32,000 nucleotides of DNA from an uncultured Lentisphaeria bacterium (GTDB lineage Bacteria > Verrucomicrobiota > Lentisphaeria > JABSQK01 > JAJFLO01), in NCBI GenBank assembly GCA_951812855.1, contig OX638337.1:1260001-1292000 (forward strand), in the 5' to 3' direction. Each line of letters opens with the position of its first letter. Position 1 is the first letter of the stretch. The notes below the pieces were generated by a model. It worked only from the letters and a program-made list of their open reading frames with translations, was not told the origin of the DNA and ran no database searches. The translations under genes and the position numbers were made by a program. This document shows positions 27,361 to 32,000 of the stretch, in pieces.

Positions 27361-29898
27361 ATGATGTCAAGATTAAACCATATGAACATTGTTAATCCCG
27401 GTAAAATTATAAAAACTCAGTCGATAGCGATGGCGGTGATGGCGATATCAGCTTTTGCTGCTGATATTTCAGTAACTGTTTCGCCGAATCCAATTTTCAC
27501 CGGAGAGCACGGTAAATATGAAATTATATCAACGATTGGTAAACCGGAAATAATTTCGTTTCCAAATATTAATGGAATCCAGTGGTTGAAAAATTCGTCA
27601 TCTTCAGGCATACAAATTGTCAATTTTGATCGGAAAGATACCTTGTCGTATCAATTTGTTGCAGGTAAGCCGGGTGTCTTTACATTACCGTCTGTTCCAA
27701 TTAGAGTCGGTAATAAAGTTATAAAAACAAACGCAGTTCAGTTGACAGTTAAAAAACGTGAATTTTCAGATCAAGGGAAAAAATTAACACTTGATGAATT
27801 GATTTTTCTGAGGGTATTCTACGATGATCAACCGCTGCAGCCTAAACAATTATACCTTGGGCAAGAATTAAATCTTAAAATAAAGTTATATGTTGATCAG
27901 CGTCTTAAAATTTACATTGATAAATTTAATCAGAATAACAGTTTCACAAGTGGTCAGAACTATTTCCCGAACATTAAAATCGAAAATGCGATTTACAGTA
28001 AATTTACATATGAACAAGAGAGTTCTGAAATAAGAAATAGTTTGAGATTTAGGGTTTTTACGTATCATGCCAGTATTTCAGGAGTTGAATTAGGGAAAAT
28101 AAAAGGTGTAATTGAGCACACCGTCCCGATATTGGATCCAAATCAGCAGAACAGTCGAAGAAATTCACACGATCCATTTGGTGATTTTTTCAGTTTTTCA
28201 AGACGAAACAAATTCTCTACGCACACAACTCGTTCGGCAGTTAATGATATTGAAATTAAGCAGATTCCAAACGATGATGCAGCGGAAGGATCTTACTTAG
28301 GGCTGATTGGAAACTGGCAGGTGGATTTAAAGCCTGATAAGAAAGAACTCTCTGTTGGAGAAGATGTTACACTAAAACTCTCAATTAAAGGCCAGGGAAA
28401 TATTAAAACCTTAATTCAACCTGAATTAGAATTACCGGGTTTTAGAATTTATCCACCTGAAATAACCCGGATTACCTCACAGGTTTCCCGGGTTGAGATT
28501 AAATGGGTTATTATTCCGTTGAATAAGGAAAGTCAAATACCGCTGTTGCAATTTAATACGTTTGATTCTAAATCGGGGAAATTTACAAACTATTCATTTC
28601 AACCAGTCCTTAAAATAAATTCATCAGAATTGCCTATGCAATCAGGACCCGTGATTGAAGATTATGGAGCAGATGACAGCACTCAGAAATCAAATACACG
28701 AAAACTTCATCGTTCAACAGACGTTTTATATATTAAAAAAGATTTAACAACGTTTGTTAAAATACCGCTTTTAGATAATATCGCCCCAATATTGGGAGTG
28801 TTGATCCTGGGTGGTCCTATCACGTATCTATTAATATTATGGGTGGCTTTGAGACGTGAAAAATTGCAGGACAGTTCGATATACCGCCGTCGCCGTCAGG
28901 CTTTGAAAAATCGCAGTGACGTAATGAAAAAAATCAGAAAAGCCTCCCCGGATGAATTACCCACCGTTGTCCGAGAGCATTTATTACCCTTTTTAACTGC
29001 TGTATTGAATATCCCGCCCGGTGCAACAATCCCGGAACTTCTTCCCCATCTGGACGATCCCGAACTTGCTGAGATTTTACAATCCGCAGAGATGGGGGAA
29101 TATATGCCTGGAAACAGCACCGGGATAGATGCGAAAAAATTACTGTCGAAATTGAAGAATCTTACAGTTGTCATGTTATGTTTTTTTATAGTGTCGAAAG
29201 GATTTTGCAATACTGAAAGTAACGCTGCTGCTTCAGCCTATGACCAGGGTAATATTGCGGAAGCTGAATCAATTTATTTAAGCCAGCTTAAAAACGGATA
29301 TGGGAATGCGTCTCTCCTGTATAATCTTGGTAATTGTGCCTATAGAAAAGGAGACTATGGCAATGCGATTGCCTACTACGAAAGTGCAAGAAGACTGGCA
29401 CCCAGAGATTCTGATATCATTGAAAATCTAAATTTTGTTCGTGACCAACTAAATTTGCCATCAATCTATCAGCATGATAATCCACTGGATATAATTCATT
29501 CATTTCAGGACAAATTAAGACCGGATGAATGGGGGTTGGCAGCCGGTTTGATCTGGTTCGCCTTCTGGATCATACTCGGAGTTTTTCGGTGGAAACAGAT
29601 ACCGGTGCATGTTATAACAGCAGTAATAGTGATTGGGTTTTTAGTGACAATTTTCTCTTATTTTGAGCAATCGAAAGGGACCTATAAACCAAATCAGGGA
29701 GTTGTCATATTTGCAAATTCTCCCTTATATCGACTTCCGGGTCAAAACACGAACGAAGCTGCAAAACAGGTATTAAAGGCTGGAGACTATATTTCTATTG
29801 TAGAACAACGGTCTGAGTGGAGTCGAATTCGTATTGATGAGGCAGAGGGGTGGGTGAAAAATTCTGCAATCAAAAAAATTTGGCAGTTCAGAAAATAG
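27361..29898 (+). CDS. batD: BatD-like (oxygen-tolerance domain) protein fused to a BatE-like TPR + SH3b module
   Basis: 845 aa. Signal peptide (MAVMAISAFAADISV), repeated beta-sandwich BatD-type regions, and a TM (IAPILGVLILGGPITYLLILWVAL). After these come TPR repeats (LLYNLGNCAYRKGDYGNAIAYYESARRLAPRD), two TM helices, and a C-terminal SH3b-like domain (LKAGDYISIVEQRSEWSRIRIDEAEGWVKNSAI). The exact start is uncertain among several N-terminal Met codons. Confidence 0.8.
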   Translation: MMSRLNHMNIVNPGKIIKTQSIAMAVMAISAFAADISVTVSPNPIFTGEHGKYEIISTIGKPEIISFPNINGIQWLKNSSSSGIQIVNFDRKDTLSYQFVAGKPGVFTLPSVPIRVGNKVIKTNAVQLTVKKREFSDQGKKLTLDELIFLRVFYDDQPLQPKQLYLGQELNLKIKLYVDQRLKIYIDKFNQNNSFTSGQNYFPNIKIENAIYSKFTYEQESSEIRNSLRFRVFTYHASISGVELGKIKGVIEHTVPILDPNQQNSRRNSHDPFGDFFSFSRRNKFSTHTTRSAVNDIEIKQIPNDDAAEGSYLGLIGNWQVDLKPDKKELSVGEDVTLKLSIKGQGNIKTLIQPELELPGFRIYPPEITRITSQVSRVEIKWVIIPLNKESQIPLLQFNTFDSKSGKFTNYSFQPVLKINSSELPMQSGPVIEDYGADDSTQKSNTRKLHRSTDVLYIKKDLTTFVKIPLLDNIAPILGVLILGGPITYLLILWVALRREKLQDSSIYRRRRQALKNRSDVMKKIRKASPDELPTVVREHLLPFLTAVLNIPPGATIPELLPHLDDPELAEILQSAEMGEYMPGNSTGIDAKKLLSKLKNLTVVMLCFFIVSKGFCNTESNAAASAYDQGNIAEAESIYLSQLKNGYGNASLLYNLGNCAYRKGDYGNAIAYYESARRLAPRDSDIIENLNFVRDQLNLPSIYQHDNPLDIIHSFQDKLRPDEWGLAAGLIWFAFWIILGVFRWKQIPVHVITAVIVIGFLVTIFSYFEQSKGTYKPNQGVVIFANSPLYRLPGQNTNEAAKQVLKAGDYISIVEQRSEWSRIRIDEAEGWVKNSAIKKIWQFRK

Positions 29899-30242
29899 AA
29901 AAATTGTTTAAAATTTTGAGAGAATTATTAAATTTTTTTTTAAAAACCGATTTAATATACTTTTATTCAGCATGTTATGTATCATATCCATTTTGATAAA
30001 ATGACCGAAAAATTAACTGATTTATCGTAAAAACTGATCAATCCGGTTGAACTGATTTAAGGAGAATCTAATGTAAAGGCAATCCCGGAATGGCAAAGAG
30101 CACAAGAAATGGAAATTCGGCTCAGGAGTATCGATATACAAAAGAATATCGCAGCTGCCAATCCTATCATTTTAGTGTGAATTATTGAATAGAAGAAAAA
30201 GCACGAAACCCCGGCAATAGAAAAAGCATGTCTTTGTTTCTT

Positions 30243-30543
30243 CTATTTAATAAAATTCTCAAGTTCATCGAACATCTGTAGAGTTGTCTCAAGGTGCTGA
30301 TCCTTCATATATCCGAATACATTAAATTCCCGAATTAAAATATTGATTAAACGTGGGTTCAAAGACATTAGTAAAATCATAAAGGCTTGATCTATGAGTA
30401 AAAACCATATATTGGGAATATTCAAATTCATCGTATTGTAACGGGTTTTGGTTCTGGATAAAATCTTTACTAAGATTGTACTCATATCGGTAAGTATTCA
30501 ATGCATAGACGTTTTTCCCGAGTGAGAGACAGTTCTCGTCCAT
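30243..30543 (-). pseudogene. Possible frameshifted small gene or gene remnant (two overlapping minus-strand ORFs in different frames)
   Basis: The 73-aa ORF (30543->30322, MDENCLSLGKNVYALNTYRYEYNL...FEPTFNQYFNSGI*) and the tail of the 80-aa ORF (...IREFNVFGYMKDQHLETTLQMFDELENFIK*, ending at 30243) would join into one soluble-looking product of about 100 aa. This needs a 1-nt shift in the T/A run near 30325-30340. No family recognised. Confidence 0.25.
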
Positions 30544-30646
30544 CAGAGATAAACAGGAAACGTTTCTCTTATAGACTTTCTAAAAGTGTAATTTTCTCAA
30601 AATAAAACACCTGCATATATTATTTATAACGAATTCAGGGTGCGTA

Positions 30647-31939
30647 ATGAAAATAATTAATATCGGCTTAATCGGTTGCGGAAATGTTGGTGCCGGCGTT
30701 GTAAAATGGGTTCAAAAGAATTCAAATTTAATAGAAGCACGCTGCAATATAAAACTCCGGATTGCAAAAATTGCGGTTAAGAATCTAAACAAAGATCGGG
30801 GATTGGGCCGTGATAGTGCATTATTGACTACTGATGCAGAGAGCCTTGTAAATGATTCTGATATCGATGTTATTATTGAGTTGATTGGTGGAACTGATGA
30901 CGCCGGGTCACTCGTTGTTTCTGCTCTGAAACAGGGGAAACCCGTTGTTACTGCGAATAAATCATTACTTGCGTTTCATGGGGATGAATTATTTAAACTG
31001 GCAAAAGATAACGACACCGATATATATTTTGAAGCCAGTGTTGCCGGCGGAATCTCGATTATTAAATATTTAAAAGAGGGACTTGCTGGAAATCATATCA
31101 ACTTGATATACGGGATATTGAACGGGACCTGTAACTATATCCTCACTCGAATGGCTCAAAATGGTGAGGATTTTAACGATGTATTAAAGGACGCACAGCG
31201 TCTGGGCTTTGCAGAAGCAGACCCCGGGTTAGATATTGACGGTCATGATGCAGCTCATAAAACGTGTATATTAGCCTCATTAGCCTACGGGGAATGGTTT
31301 GATATCGATTCAATTCATGTAGAAGGCATACGCAACCTGGAGTTACAGGATATTCATAACTCAGCCGAAGCAGGCTATACCGTTAAATTATTAGGTATCA
31401 TAAAACTTGATTCGGGAAGAATTCAAATGCGGGTCCATCCAGCCCTGGTCCCCTCAACCTCATTGATCGCAAGAGTCGATAACGAGTTTAATGCCGTGTG
31501 GGTTCACGGTGATGTTGTCGGTGATACAATGCTGTATGGACGGGGTGCCGGACAAAATCCGACAACAAGTGCAGTAATTGCAGATATCATTGATGTTGCC
31601 CTCAATATCAAATGTAATTCTGCCAATCGGGTTGCTGCATTTCAACCTCACCAGTCCTATGACAATGTTTTAACAATGGCTGAAATTTCAAGTCGTTATT
31701 ACTTGCGTTTGTCGTTGGAAGACAAACCAAATGTATTAGCGAAAATCGCCTGCATATTAGGTGACACAAATATAAGCATTGCCAGTGTCGTACAAAAAGA
31801 ATCTGACTCAAACAGGCTGCCTGTTATTTTAATCACTCATACAGCAAAAGAGTCCGATATTAATACCGCAATTAAAAAAATCAAGGAATTACCAGTTGTT
31901 CACGACAAACCGGTTATTCTCAGGATTGAAGATATTTAA
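30647..31939 (+). CDS. hom: Homoserine dehydrogenase with C-terminal ACT domain
   Basis: 430 aa. NAD(P)-binding IGLIGCGNVGAGV, catalytic region FEASVAGGISIIK, NGTCNYILTRM, GFAEADPGLDIDGHDAAHK, and a C-terminal ACT-like region (YYLRLSLEDKPNVLAKIACILGDTNISIASVVQ). Confidence 0.95.
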   Translation: MKIINIGLIGCGNVGAGVVKWVQKNSNLIEARCNIKLRIAKIAVKNLNKDRGLGRDSALLTTDAESLVNDSDIDVIIELIGGTDDAGSLVVSALKQGKPVVTANKSLLAFHGDELFKLAKDNDTDIYFEASVAGGISIIKYLKEGLAGNHINLIYGILNGTCNYILTRMAQNGEDFNDVLKDAQRLGFAEADPGLDIDGHDAAHKTCILASLAYGEWFDIDSIHVEGIRNLELQDIHNSAEAGYTVKLLGIIKLDSGRIQMRVHPALVPSTSLIARVDNEFNAVWVHGDVVGDTMLYGRGAGQNPTTSAVIADIIDVALNIKCNSANRVAAFQPHQSYDNVLTMAEISSRYYLRLSLEDKPNVLAKIACILGDTNISIASVVQKESDSNRLPVILITHTAKESDINTAIKKIKELPVVHDKPVILRIEDI

Positions 31940-32000
31940 CCGGAAGAAAATTCGAATTATCTCCTTAAACTAAATTTTATCCGTACTGAAATTACTATCG

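Noticed and set aside
30090-30188. 32-aa ORF (MAKSTRNGNSAQEYRYTKEYRSCQSYHFSVNY) downstream of a GGAG-ATG-TAA mini-ORF at 30061-30076.
   Set aside because: It is very short, I recognise no family, it has no good Shine-Dalgarno of its own, and the composition is unremarkable. This is insufficient evidence to call a gene.
1-32000. Searched by eye for CRISPR-like spaced repeats, long direct or inverted repeats, IS ends, integrase or transposase genes, reverse transcriptases, toxin-antitoxin pairs and rRNA.
   Set aside because: None found. The only repeats noticed are short (9-15 nt) and the low-complexity acidic tail of the BatB/C fusion. A computational dot plot would be needed to exclude diverged repeats.

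Overview
AT-rich bacterial chromosomal segment. Most of it is housekeeping: ligA, transaldolase, thyA, mnmE, homoserine dehydrogenase, tRNA-Gly(UCC), a CPA2 cation/H+ antiporter, two ABC-transporter components and a WbpE-like sugar aminotransferase. Four envelope-related accessory modules sit among these. (1) A six-gene Bat/aerotolerance-type operon at 20652-29898, in the order MoxR ATPase, DUF58, DUF4381-like, BatA, BatB+BatC fusion, BatD+BatE fusion. (2) An orphan pair of type II secretion-like minor pseudopilins at 12964-17121: a GspJ-like gene and an unusually large GspK-like gene, preceded by a Lys-rich secreted protein. The J-like gene's prepilin motif lies in frame but upstream of any canonical start codon. 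(3) A chromosomal TraT-family lipoprotein with no conjugation genes nearby. (4) A GT-C-like membrane domain fused to a GT2 glycosyltransferase, whose start overlaps the transaldolase stop (TAATG). I saw no CRISPR array, transposase, integrase, phage gene, rRNA or long repeat. I cannot point to a clearly novel system. The best candidates for follow-up are the compacted Bat operon, whose family function is still unresolved, and the orphan J/K pseudopilin module. Gene content (many pseudopilin-like features, a Bat operon, low GC) weakly suggests a PVC-group organism (Lentisphaerae, Verrucomicrobia or Kiritimatiellia-like). That is inference only. All family assignments come from motif recognition by eye and need profile searches to confirm.
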